Source: Bacillales bacterium
GTDB lineage: Bacteria > Bacillota_I > Bacilli_A > RF39 > UBA660
Assembly: GCA_016292035.1 (NCBI GenBank)
Contig: JAEEZR010000044.1
Location: 7,760 to 71,759, forward strand
DNA length: 64,000 nt
Reading direction: 5' to 3'
The notes beneath the pieces are model-generated. The model searched no databases, was not told where the DNA came from, and worked only from the letters and a program-made list of their open reading frames with translations. The position numbers and the translations under genes were made by a program. Below, one piece after another: positions 55,365-64,000 of the stretch (its first letter is position 1; each line of letters opens with the position of its first letter).

Positions 55365-56409
55365 TTATATCCCCCATATTAATTCTCATAGTACTTTCAA
55401 TTACCTTTGATAAGTCTGCAGTGTTTTCTAAATTGGAAGGTAAGTCATAATCCATATCAGTGTCTGATAGCTTAGTAACTATTTCTATTTCTTTTCCATT
55501 AATCATTACTTTTTTAGTTTGTTGTTCTTTTAGTTTAAATGTATTTTTAAATAATTGTCTAAATTTTTCTAAATCAAAATTAGTTGATACATAAATGTTA
55601 GAGTTATCTGTTTTGCTTACATCAAATGAATTATCATCTGTTTTAACTGTGCAAGGCATAAATGAGACGATTGATGGATCTAGTATAGAAGCAATTGTTG
55701 TAGGATCTGGTGTTGATAAGCCTATTATATTATTATGTTCTTTACTAAATTCTATATATTTTTTAGCTATTTTATATACAAAGTTTGTTACTTTATCAGT
55801 AGAAGCATATAAGCTATCCATATAATCTTTTTCAATAAATGATAGAGCTCCAACTTCATGTGTTACCATTTTAATTTTTCTGAATGGTGCGTTTAATACA
55901 ACTTTAGTACTTTCAACATCCACATTGAAGTTAAATTCTTTATACGTACTAGGAGCTGTTTCGTCATAACTTGCTCCCATTATTACAACTTCACTTATTT
56001 TATTTGCTATAGATGGATCTGTTTTATAGGCACTTGCTAGATTAGTTAATGGCCCTAGGCATACAACTGTTAAATCGTTTTGATAAGTGTTTGCACTTTC
56101 TATAATAAAATCTTCTGCAGATATTTTTTCAAATTCTCTATTTGATTTTGGAAAGAAGTTATTGCCAAGTCCATCTTCTCCATGAGCAAAATGCGCAAAT
56201 CCATTGGATGGATTAATATTTTTTCCTTCATACATTTTGGCAGTAGAAGATAGAGTGTCTAATATAACTTTTAAGTTTTCTTTAGAAGATTCTTTTTTTA
56301 CATTACCAGTAGCTAGAGTGAAACCTATTACATCTAGGTGATTTTTTATAGCTAAACATATTGCTATAGCGTCATCTATTCCTGGATCAGTGTCTATTAT
56401 ATACTTCAT
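55357..56409 (-). CDS. Inosine-uridine-preferring nucleoside hydrolase family, with C-terminal extension
   Basis: DTDPGIDDA, HG.DGLG, LGPLTNLA, IMG, EFN...D, PDP. Confidence 0.92.
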   Translation of the reverse strand: MKYIIDTDPGIDDAIAICLAIKNHLDVIGFTLATGNVKKESSKENLKVILDTLSSTAKMYEGKNINPSNGFAHFAHGEDGLGNNFFPKSNREFEKISAEDFIIESANTYQNDLTVVCLGPLTNLASAYKTDPSIANKISEVVIMGASYDETAPSTYKEFNFNVDVESTKVVLNAPFRKIKMVTHEVGALSFIEKDYMDSLYASTDKVTNFVYKIAKKYIEFSKEHNNIIGLSTPDPTTIASILDPSIVSFMPCTVKTDDNSFDVSKTDNSNIYVSTNFDLEKFRQLFKNTFKLKEQQTKKVMINGKEIEIVTKLSDTDMDYDLPSNLENTADLSKVIESTMRINMGDINE

Positions 56410-56446
56410 CTATTATCACCTATTATTAATTATATAATAAAAGAGC

Positions 56447-57610
56447 TTATTTTTCAAAGCTCTTTATATCATTTATGATAGTTTTATGTTCATTATTATT
56501 TAAGTAAGAATTATCTAGTGTTTTATAGTCTTCTAGATATTTATATTTAAACAATAATATTTTTCTTACTGATTCATTTATTCTTTCTTCAGATATGTTT
56601 TCTTTTATTATGCTTATAGCTGATTTGCTGGATGTTGGCATTAGTAATATATCGCATCCTGCTTCTATAGATTTTATATATATATCTTTTTCACTATATA
56701 TGTTAGTTATTGCACCCATGTTTAAAGCGTCTGTTATAACTAATCCTTTATATCCTAGTTTATCTTTTAATAAATCTGTTACTATTTCTTTTGAGAGAGT
56801 AGCAGGTTCTTTTGATAAACTTGGTATATTTATGTGTCCAACCATTATTAATTTTGCATTGTTGTTAATAGCATTTTTAAATGGCACTAATTCATTGTCC
56901 ATTAATTCTTCTAATGTTTTATTAATAACTGGCATTTCTGTATGTGAATCGGTGCTTGTGTCTCCGTGCCCTGGAAAGTGTTTGTAGGTTGCTATTACAT
57001 TATTATCTTCTAATGCACTAGCAAATTTGATTCCTAGTTTAGATACTATTTCTTTATCAGAACTAAGACTTCTATATTTCATGAAACTATCTTCTTTTGC
57101 ATTATCTATATCTAGAACTGGTGCAAAGTTAACATTAACTCCAATAACTCTTAATTCTTCAGCTATTGCTTTTCCTAACTTATATGCTAGTTCTTCGTTT
57201 TTTGTGTTTCCTAAGTCTTTCATATCAGGAAAAGTTGATGCTTCATTTAAAGAGCTTATTCTATCTACTGTTCCACCTTCTTCATCTATTGCTATTATAG
57301 GAGTTATTTTGCTTAGTTTTTTAATATCGCTTACATACTTTTTTGCACCTTCTAGTGATGAAAGGTTAGTAGTATTTATAATAAAGCCTCCAGGAGAGTA
57401 TGTTTTAATTATATTTTCTAAAGTTTCATCTACTATTTCATCGTCATAATAAAGTACTAACATCTGCGCTATTTTTTCTTCTAATGACATATTTTTTAGT
57501 GTTTTTTCAACTTTATCTTCTATAGTTTCTGCTTTATTAAATTTAATTACTGCAAATATTGCTAATAAAATTATTATAGAAGAAACTACTATAATTATAG
57601 CTTTTTTCAT
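56447..57610 (-). CDS. nagZ: GH3 beta-N-acetylhexosaminidase (NagZ-like), membrane-anchored
   Basis: IDEEGG.V.R, NFAPVLD, KHFPGHG....DSH, IMVGH, ITDALNM. Confidence 0.85.
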   Translation of the reverse strand: MKKAIIIVVSSIIILLAIFAVIKFNKAETIEDKVEKTLKNMSLEEKIAQMLVLYYDDEIVDETLENIIKTYSPGGFIINTTNLSSLEGAKKYVSDIKKLSKITPIIAIDEEGGTVDRISSLNEASTFPDMKDLGNTKNEELAYKLGKAIAEELRVIGVNVNFAPVLDIDNAKEDSFMKYRSLSSDKEIVSKLGIKFASALEDNNVIATYKHFPGHGDTSTDSHTEMPVINKTLEELMDNELVPFKNAINNNAKLIMVGHINIPSLSKEPATLSKEIVTDLLKDKLGYKGLVITDALNMGAITNIYSEKDIYIKSIEAGCDILLMPTSSKSAISIIKENISEERINESVRKILLFKYKYLEDYKTLDNSYLNNNEHKTIINDIKSFEK

Positions 57611-57634
57611 AAGATATCACCTAAAAACATTATA

Positions 57635-58621
57635 TCATTTTTTAATTTTTATAGCTATAAATGATAGAATTATAAAAATAAAATTAAGAGTGAATGGTAT
57701 ATATACATATAGATTATTTACTTTGTTTATATAGTTATCATTTATTATAAATATATATGATAGAATAAATATCATTATTAATACTGGAATAATATACATT
57801 TTATTAATCTTTTCTTTTATATACATCATATTAAAAGATGAAGTAAATGTAGAGAACATAATCCAAAATACTACTGATAGGTTTTGAACATTTTTTATAA
57901 AGTTTAATATGTTTATATTTTTAAGTGTTATATAGGAAGGATATTTATATATAGACGCTATATGGATTCCTAGAACACCTATTATATTAAGAAAAATAAT
58001 AATCATTACTAAGTAAGATAATATATATGAAATAATAATATTCTTATTTTCTATTTTTAGATATTCTTTATCTAGAAAGAGAGTAGTAAATATTGGAGAA
58101 GTATTAAGTACACTAATTATTAGAGCATCTTTAAAAATATTACTACTATATATTAATGGTTTAAAATTATTTATATCTATTTTTGATATAAGTGATATTT
58201 TACTAAATAAGAGTAGCATAAAAGCTATTATTATAATGCTACTAGAACACCTTATTATTACATCTTTATTTTTAAATGAAGCTATTACTGTAGGTAAATA
58301 TAGTAATGATAGTATTAAAATAGTGGGTGTTTCTGGTAAATATTCATTTGATATAAATATAGTTATTCTATAAATGATAAAAGCTGTTATTATTATGTTA
58401 ATTATTTTTAATAGCACTGTTATTAGTGGTTTAGTATTAAATATATTAGTACTTATTTTATTTAATACTTTTGTGTATATTAGTATTATTATTAATCCAA
58501 AAATAAAACTTAAAATAAGTGTATAAATATATGAAGGATTAACTAAGTATGGAAATATTAAGCCTAGTAGATTAGATAACATTAAAGAAATATTTATGTA
58601 TATTAGGTGTTTATCTTTTAT
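57635..58621 (-). CDS. gerKB: Spore germination receptor B subunit (GerKB/GerAB-like APC permease); probable start ATA 58621, first ATG 58582
   Basis: About 10 TM, ETP..++, D+.NFKP, YP.Y..L+.I....FI..+. RBS GAGGTG lies 7 nt before an in-frame ATA that overlaps the gerKC stop. Confidence 0.7.
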   Translation of the reverse strand: MKDKHLIYINISLMLSNLLGLIFPYLVNPSYIYTLILSFIFGLIIILIYTKVLNKISTNIFNTKPLITVLLKIINIIITAFIIYRITIFISNEYLPETPTILILSLLYLPTVIASFKNKDVIIRCSSSIIIIAFMLLLFSKISLISKIDINNFKPLIYSSNIFKDALIISVLNTSPIFTTLFLDKEYLKIENKNIIISYILSYLVMIIIFLNIIGVLGIHIASIYKYPSYITLKNINILNFIKNVQNLSVVFWIMFSTFTSSFNMMYIKEKINKMYIIPVLIMIFILSYIFIINDNYINKVNNLYVYIPFTLNFIFIILSFIAIKIKK

Positions 58622-59574
58622 AGTAAATCACCTCTTAGAGTACCTTCTTTAGTAATCTTTATATTAGTTTCTATATTCTTTATTTTAGTAGCTATATAGT
58701 CTTTTTTCATATTATTGATAGTATAATAAAGATTATCTTTTATTTCTTTGGATGCTAGGTTTTCTAATAGTTTTATAGTATTAATATTATTTAAATCATA
58801 ATCACATTCATAGCTAACTAACTTAGTTTCTATGTATGTTTTTAAATTATTGTTTTTTATTTTACTCTTACTTTTTAATGCTTCTAAAGAAAAGTATTTA
58901 TTGCCACATTTAATAGTAATTAAATTATTTTTAATATTATTACTAATTATATTGAATGATAAAGCTTCTTCTTTAGATAGTTTTATTTCTTCTTTATTAT
59001 TAAAGTATATTAGATTGCCTATAGTGATTTTATCTTTTTCTATATTAACAGTAGGGTATACTGTTTCTTTTTCTTTACTTAGATAATTATGAAGAAGAGT
59101 TTTAAAATCTAAAAGGTAGGTGTATCCGTTTTTATTAGAGCTTATTTTTAGTAAGTTTTCTAAAGATGTTTTTGTTAGATAATTATTAATAGTATCTATG
59201 TTGTCATCTGTAGTTACTATTAAGAAATTAAATGGTAAACGTGTATCTCTTGATAAATAATCTATTACTTCATTTAAGTCATTCTTTATTATTTCTTTAG
59301 AGATTAAAACATATTCTAAGTTTGAATTTAATAAATTAAGGTCTAGGGAATTATTTATATTTCTTGCTGAAGCCATGATGGTTTTTCCTTTTCCTGTGTT
59401 TGTTATTATTTTATTTTTTTCTTCACCTGGTTTTATAGTGTTAACATATAAAATATATTCATTTTCTTTTTTATCTATACTAAAAGAATAAACTATAGAT
59501 AAATCTTTTAGTTCTTTATAGTTATAACATCCTGGCAATAATAGAATAATGAGTATTATTAATAACTTTTTCAT
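58618..59574 (-). CDS. gerKC: Spore germination receptor C subunit lipoprotein (Ger(x)C)
   Basis: Lipobox LPGC, then YNYKELKDL.IV...SIDK; G.GKT+..A; +D...RD. Confidence 0.85.
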   Translation of the reverse strand: MKKLLIILIILLLPGCYNYKELKDLSIVYSFSIDKKENEYILYVNTIKPGEEKNKIITNTGKGKTIMASARNINNSLDLNLLNSNLEYVLISKEIIKNDLNEVIDYLSRDTRLPFNFLIVTTDDNIDTINNYLTKTSLENLLKISSNKNGYTYLLDFKTLLHNYLSKEKETVYPTVNIEKDKITIGNLIYFNNKEEIKLSKEEALSFNIISNNIKNNLITIKCGNKYFSLEALKSKSKIKNNNLKTYIETKLVSYECDYDLNNINTIKLLENLASKEIKDNLYYTINNMKKDYIATKIKNIETNIKITKEGTLRGDLL

Positions 59575-60893
59575 TTATCCTCCTTTTTTATTAGGCTTAG
59601 ATTTGAAGAAATATATGGTTTATTAAAAAGAGTTATTGATGATATGTCTAATAGTAGAAGCTCTATTCCTATGATTAAACCTATTATTCCAAATAACGAA
59701 GATATTATCATTAAAAAGTATCTATAAAACCTTATTACTCCTTGAATGTCATGATAAGTAAATATTAAACTAGCAATAGAACTAATACTAACTACGATAA
59801 CCATTATTGGTGAGATTAAACCTGCTTTTACTGATGATTCACCAAGCACTAGAGCTCCTAGAACTGAAAGAGATGTTCCTCTTCCTTCAGGTGTTTTTGA
59901 GTCACCCTCATATAGAAGTTCGAATGTAATCATTAAAAGAAACGCTTCTATTATAAGAGGAAATGGAGAGTTTATTCTTTGGGAAGAGAAATTTATTAAC
60001 AAAGGAAAGGGTATCATTTCTGGATCATAATTAATAATAGATATAAAAAAAGATGGAAGAGTTATTGATAAAATGAAAGCCATAAATCTTATGAACCTCA
60101 TGAAAGAAGAGAAAAACTTTTTATGATAGAAGTCTTCACTTGATATAAAGTAGTCCATAAAATATGTAGGAAGAACTGCTATACTTGGAGAGTTTTCACT
60201 TATTAAGATAACTCTATTATTTAGTAAAAATCTTGCTGCATCATCTGCTTTTTCTGTATATAAAACTGTTGGAAAAAGAGTATGATTATCTTTATCTATA
60301 AAGTCTTTTATGTAATTTATATCAACTATAGAATCTATATTTATATTATTTATTTTCTCTTTTACTTTAGAAGCTAGGTTGTTATTTTTTAGATAAATAA
60401 TTCCTATTTTTGTTTTTGATTTATTTCCTATATTTAGTTCATCTATTATTAGTTTTTCACTTTTAATTCTCTTTCTAATAAGGCCTATATTCTTTTGATA
60501 GTTTTCTATAAATGCTTCTTTAGGCCCTCTTAGGGAAGGCTCACTTTGTGGAGAAGCAATGCCTCTATCTAAATCTGCTCTTGTTTCAAAAGCAATTACT
60601 TCATTTTTATATATAATTATAGTAAAACCATTAAGTAAGTAATTAATAGTTTCATCTTTATTAATATCTACATAGTTTATTGATGGTATAAAGTTTTTAA
60701 TATCTTTTTTAGTATTTATTATTCTTTTACTTGATATATACTTTAATATAAAGTCATTTATTTTATCAGAAGAAGTTATTGTTTCAAAAGAAGCAACATA
60801 TAAATAAGAAAATAAATTTACTTTTATTTTCTTTATCATTAAATCAGGAGATGTTTCTTTAAGTTTATATAATTTATTAACAATTTTTTCCAT
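59571..60893 (-). CDS. gerKA: Spore germination receptor A subunit
   Basis: R.I..P.SE..LRGP+EAF.EN...N+.L+R+R, PF....E..L+...FE+L.E, G..+S++G.L+LG..+V.AG++SP. Confidence 0.9.
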   Translation of the reverse strand: MEKIVNKLYKLKETSPDLMIKKIKVNLFSYLYVASFETITSSDKINDFILKYISSKRIINTKKDIKNFIPSINYVDINKDETINYLLNGFTIIIYKNEVIAFETRADLDRGIASPQSEPSLRGPKEAFIENYQKNIGLIRKRIKSEKLIIDELNIGNKSKTKIGIIYLKNNNLASKVKEKINNINIDSIVDINYIKDFIDKDNHTLFPTVLYTEKADDAARFLLNNRVILISENSPSIAVLPTYFMDYFISSEDFYHKKFFSSFMRFIRFMAFILSITLPSFFISIINYDPEMIPFPLLINFSSQRINSPFPLIIEAFLLMITFELLYEGDSKTPEGRGTSLSVLGALVLGESSVKAGLISPIMVIVVSISSIASLIFTYHDIQGVIRFYRYFLMIISSLFGIIGLIIGIELLLLDISSITLFNKPYISSNLSLIKKEDK

Positions 60894-60992
60894 ATTTATA
60901 TTATTTTCTTTATAATAATAAATATACTTGTTTACTAATTGACCACTAGTACCTAATATGGTATAATACCTCTTCGTCAGGGGTGAATAAAA

Positions 60993-62567
60993 ATGAAAAA
61001 CAGATATGCTGATCCAAATTTTGATACTTTTAAATCATTGTTTGAAGAAGAATTTGGAAGTAATTATTTTAATTTACGTGAAGTTTTAACAAAGAAAGCT
61101 GCGGTTTTTTCAAGATTTTGTGATGAATTAATTAGTGGTAAAGAAAATGAAATTGGGCCATTGAATGAAATGGAAGTTAAAATTATAAGAAAAAGACTAA
61201 ATGGTTTTGGATTTGAGTACATAGCTGGCATATTGAATGTAAGTAAAGGAACTGTTACAAGAGCTAATAGGAAAGGACTTACTAAAATATTAGATAATTC
61301 TCATAAAGGTTTTATTGATGTTGTTAAAGACTATCAAACCGGATTACTTTCAGTAGATGACTTGTTAGAAATATCTCTTGATGAATTTGTTCCTGCGTTA
61401 CTAGAAAAAAGGGATGTTACATTCCTTAATAAAAGATTTAATGCTTATAATGTTAAAGATGTTGTTAGCTTAGATGTTGATAGTCTATCTAATATTTCAT
61501 CAGATAGAGAACACAATCGTGGACAAAAAATAATTAATTTTGTTCATGGCTTTGGTTTAGGATTTTCAAAAGAATCTGAAAGTAAACATGAGCATATTTT
61601 AAGAAATGTTATTGATATTATTTACTCTGATGAAAGGTTTAACTTTTGGGTTAATTCTGTAGAAAATATAGATAGTTTACAGGCAAAAATTGAAAACCAA
61701 ATTGCTCTTATAGTTAGTGAGCTGGAAAATAAATCTTTAGAGAAAGTACAGTGTTTAACAAACGTTCAGACTCAAGTGTTAAGAAGTTATTTAAGAATTG
61801 AAGGTAATTATTCTTCTAAAAAAGAAATGATTAAGGAATTTGGAAAAAATGAAATTAGCAGTAATATGTTTAATTCAAGACTTAATGAAGCACGTGATGC
61901 GATAGCTAGAAGAGCTGCTCGTGGGTGTGTTAGTTTAGAAAAAGCTGTTTCAAATGGTGAAATAACTAAGGAAGAATTACTTGCTATGCCTGTTCGTTTA
62001 GGTAGTAATTTAGAAGAAAGAGCATATCTCGGTCTTTATGCTGCTGGTAATCTAGATTCTGGTGTTTTCAATTATGGAGATGTTTTAAGTAATTGTTCTA
62101 TATCAAAAGTTGCAAAATATAGAGGTGTAGGTAAATCGACTATTGGTCATATAATTAATCATTTTAATTCTTTAGGTCTACATTTCAAGGACGAAAGTAA
62201 GTATGCTTCAGTAGCTTTAGAGTCTACTGTAGTTGAGGATAAAAAAGTTGCAACACTCGAGAAAAATGTTTCTACTGAACCTACGACTAGTTTGCCTGAA
62301 GAAGGTAATACAGAAGAAAATGTTTCAAAGAAAGTAGACAGTTTAGGTAAGTTAAGAGAGTTGGCACTAGAACTTGCAAAGTGTATTAACGAAATACATG
62401 CAAATGAAGAGCTTGTTAAAAGTACAACTACAGAGATTGAAAAACTTCAAAAAACAGTTAAAAGTACAAATATAGAGATTGAAAAACTTCAAAAAAGAAA
62501 AGAAGAAATTATTGAAATAATAGAAAACTCTAATGGAGAAGATATTAATAGATTGACTCTCTTTTAA
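60993..62567 (+). CDS. Putative transcription factor: two sigma-region-4-like HTH plus RNAP alpha-CTD-like units, then a coiled coil
   Basis: LNEME..II.KR...FEYIAGILNVSKGTV HTH. I.LDE...L..R....L...V.DV+ and L.ERAY..L...YGD+...V.KYRGVG..T..I...F..LGL.F alpha-CTD-like motifs. Confidence 0.55.
   Translation: MKNRYADPNFDTFKSLFEEEFGSNYFNLREVLTKKAAVFSRFCDELISGKENEIGPLNEMEVKIIRKRLNGFGFEYIAGILNVSKGTVTRANRKGLTKILDNSHKGFIDVVKDYQTGLLSVDDLLEISLDEFVPALLEKRDVTFLNKRFNAYNVKDVVSLDVDSLSNISSDREHNRGQKIINFVHGFGLGFSKESESKHEHILRNVIDIIYSDERFNFWVNSVENIDSLQAKIENQIALIVSELENKSLEKVQCLTNVQTQVLRSYLRIEGNYSSKKEMIKEFGKNEISSNMFNSRLNEARDAIARRAARGCVSLEKAVSNGEITKEELLAMPVRLGSNLEERAYLGLYAAGNLDSGVFNYGDVLSNCSISKVAKYRGVGKSTIGHIINHFNSLGLHFKDESKYASVALESTVVEDKKVATLEKNVSTEPTTSLPEEGNTEENVSKKVDSLGKLRELALELAKCINEIHANEELVKSTTTEIEKLQKTVKSTNIEIEKLQKRKEEIIEIIENSNGEDINRLTLF
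62415..62498 (+). repeat. 42-bp direct tandem duplication within the coiled coil
   Basis: GTTAAAAGTACAA...GAGATTGAAAAACTTCAAAAAA twice (VKSTTTEIEKLQKT / VKSTNIEIEKLQKR). Confidence 0.9.
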
Positions 62568-62692
62568 TAAATGCCTAGCAATGCTAGGCATTTTTTATGT
62601 AATGATAATAGTATATCGAAAATGTGTAAAGTAAGTATAAAATTTGTGTACTTTTTATGAAAATGGGTTATTATGTAAGTAGGAGGGACGAT

Positions 62693-63442
62693 ATGAGTAT
62701 AGAGGAATTAGCTAATATGAGACAATCAATTTCTAGTAATCCTAATTTAAGTGAACAAGAAAAGAATGCTAGAATTAAAGTTGTCCAAGCGCTTATGGAA
62801 AATATTATTGTTCAAGAAGAATATAACAATCAAATGAGTGAATTTATTAATAAATCTGTTGAACTTGGAAAACTAAGGGGTGAGTCTTTTAAAATAGACC
62901 CTGATATACGTTATAATGAAGTTATAATGAAAGACGTAATAAAAGATTCTGACTTATTAAAATATTTTGAACAGAAAGGCATAGATTCTTTTACGTTAGA
63001 TGATATAAAGATGCATATTCCTTTATATGAACAAGAACGTGGAACAAAACTAACTGAAACTTCTTTAGCTGTTGATTTACTTGATAAAGTAGAAATAGTT
63101 AAACAACTTGAAGGAAAACAAAAGAGTATAATATCAAGTAAACTTGGTGATATAATTGGAAAAGAATTAGTTACAGATTATGTTGAAAAAGGTACAGTTC
63201 AGCCTGATGGAAAGGTTGTTTTTGAACAAACCAAAAAAGATGAACAACAATTAGAACAAGATTATCGCAAGGCTTTGGAAAAAATAGAAGAAATGTATGT
63301 TAATGAAGGCCTTCTTGATTTACAATCTAAAAATATGGCTACGAATATGCTTAATCAATTATATGGTCAATATATAAAAGGCTTCCAAAGAGTCCCTGTA
63401 GAAAAATTTGAAGAAATGATGGCAGCAAATAAAGCATTATAA
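62693..63442 (+). CDS. Hypothetical helical protein
   Basis: Start moved to ATG 62693 after AGGAGGG; followed by terminator AAAGAAC-GTATA-GTTCTTT plus T-run. Confidence 0.7.
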   Translation: MSIEELANMRQSISSNPNLSEQEKNARIKVVQALMENIIVQEEYNNQMSEFINKSVELGKLRGESFKIDPDIRYNEVIMKDVIKDSDLLKYFEQKGIDSFTLDDIKMHIPLYEQERGTKLTETSLAVDLLDKVEIVKQLEGKQKSIISSKLGDIIGKELVTDYVEKGTVQPDGKVVFEQTKKDEQQLEQDYRKALEKIEEMYVNEGLLDLQSKNMATNMLNQLYGQYIKGFQRVPVEKFEEMMAANKAL

Positions 63443-63603
63443 AAAGAACGTATAGTTCTTTTTTTATTATATGATAGAAGAATTGCCCAGTTTTTGTTAA
63501 TAATGCTCTTCTTGTACTAAGTTTAATTATAAGTTAAAAGCTTTATAGAAAAGTTTGTAGTATTAAGTTTTTCTTTTTGTTATAATTATAGCAGGTGTTA
63601 ATT

Positions 63604-64000
63604 ATGAAAAATAAGAAGAGCTTAAAACTACTTTTTAAATATTTTAAAGGCAATAAAGGTAAACTATTTTTATATACACTTTTATTAGTTCCTGTTTATA
63701 TTGTAGGTACAATAGCTGCTTATATTTGGGGTCTTGCTATTGAGGCTACTATTAATAAAGATATTAATAGTCTTTTACTATATTTATTTATAGGTACTGT
63801 AGTGTATATTATTTGCTATGGAATACTTAAATATCCTAGAGATTATATATATAATAAATTAGAGTTTAGTTTTATTAAAAAAATGTCTACTGATTTATAT
63901 GGAAAAGTACTTAAAATGCCAGCTAAAGCATTTGAAGATATGGGAGTAGGAGAAATAACTAATAGATTGACTTCAGATACAGGTAATATAATGTCTTTAA
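63604..64000 (+). CDS. ABC transporter permease/ATP-binding protein (MsbA-like), 5' part; runs off the window and is not in the ORF track
   Basis: MKNKKSLKLLFKYFKG...two TM...LYGKVLKMPAKAFEDMGVGEITNRLTSDT, the typical ABC_membrane G++.+R+..D motif. No stop before 64000. Confidence 0.85.
   Translation, partial: MKNKKSLKLLFKYFKGNKGKLFLYTLLLVPVYIVGTIAAYIWGLAIEATINKDINSLLLYLFIGTVVYIICYGILKYPRDYIYNKLEFSFIKKMSTDLYGKVLKMPAKAFEDMGVGEITNRLTSDTGNIMSL

Noticed and set aside
925-62591. Short ORF-track entries antisense to or nested in longer genes (e.g. 1082-1411, 3000-3182, 11458-11658, 12543-12884, 27823-28023, 28589-28813, 51463-51825, 52629-52985, 57027-57449)
   Set aside because: They are shadows of motif-supported genes or RNAs on the other strand or frame, with no RBS and no recognisable motifs. 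3000-3182 is antisense to the riboswitch and 27823-28023 is antisense to the tRNA.
1-64000. CRISPR array, IS transposase or rRNA
   Set aside because: No regularly spaced repeats, DDE transposase motifs or rRNA-like GC-rich segments were seen. The only tandem repeats are in-frame coding repeats.

Overview
AT-rich chromosomal window from a low-GC Bacillota genome using the standard code (TGA serves as stop). Small dense genes, strong hairpin terminators and mixed cell-wall/sporulation genes suggest a reduced gut Bacilli lineage such as RF39 (inference). Core genes: glmS, valS, cysS, nrdD-nrdG-dut, ogg, tRNA-Gly(GCC) and a gerK-type operon. Three known cis-regulatory RNAs are recognisable: a P4-less SAM-I riboswitch before an unusually short MetK, the glmS ribozyme, and a Val T-box whose off-state fold appears atypical. 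The first 12.5 kb looks accessory/defence-like: DUF262-HNH, a DUF4268 nuclease-like gene, a trypsin-like protease, a radical SAM-GT2-kinase::GT2-NDK-like-YgjV operon, HTH-Fic, and an unannotated 41-aa basic peptide plus Abi-alpha behind a ~215-nt terminated leader. Other leads: a signal peptidase/DUF5305/pilin-like/adhesin fibre locus, a stand-alone protein with pertussis-toxin-like ADP-ribosyltransferase motifs, a two-state attenuator before an ABC exporter, a doubled sigma4-like/alpha-CTD-like protein, and an apparent ATG>ATA start in gerKB. No CRISPR array, IS element, integrase or prophage structural genes were seen. All family calls come from motif recognition by eye, not database searches. 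Several starts were moved from the ORF track to the RBS-supported codon.
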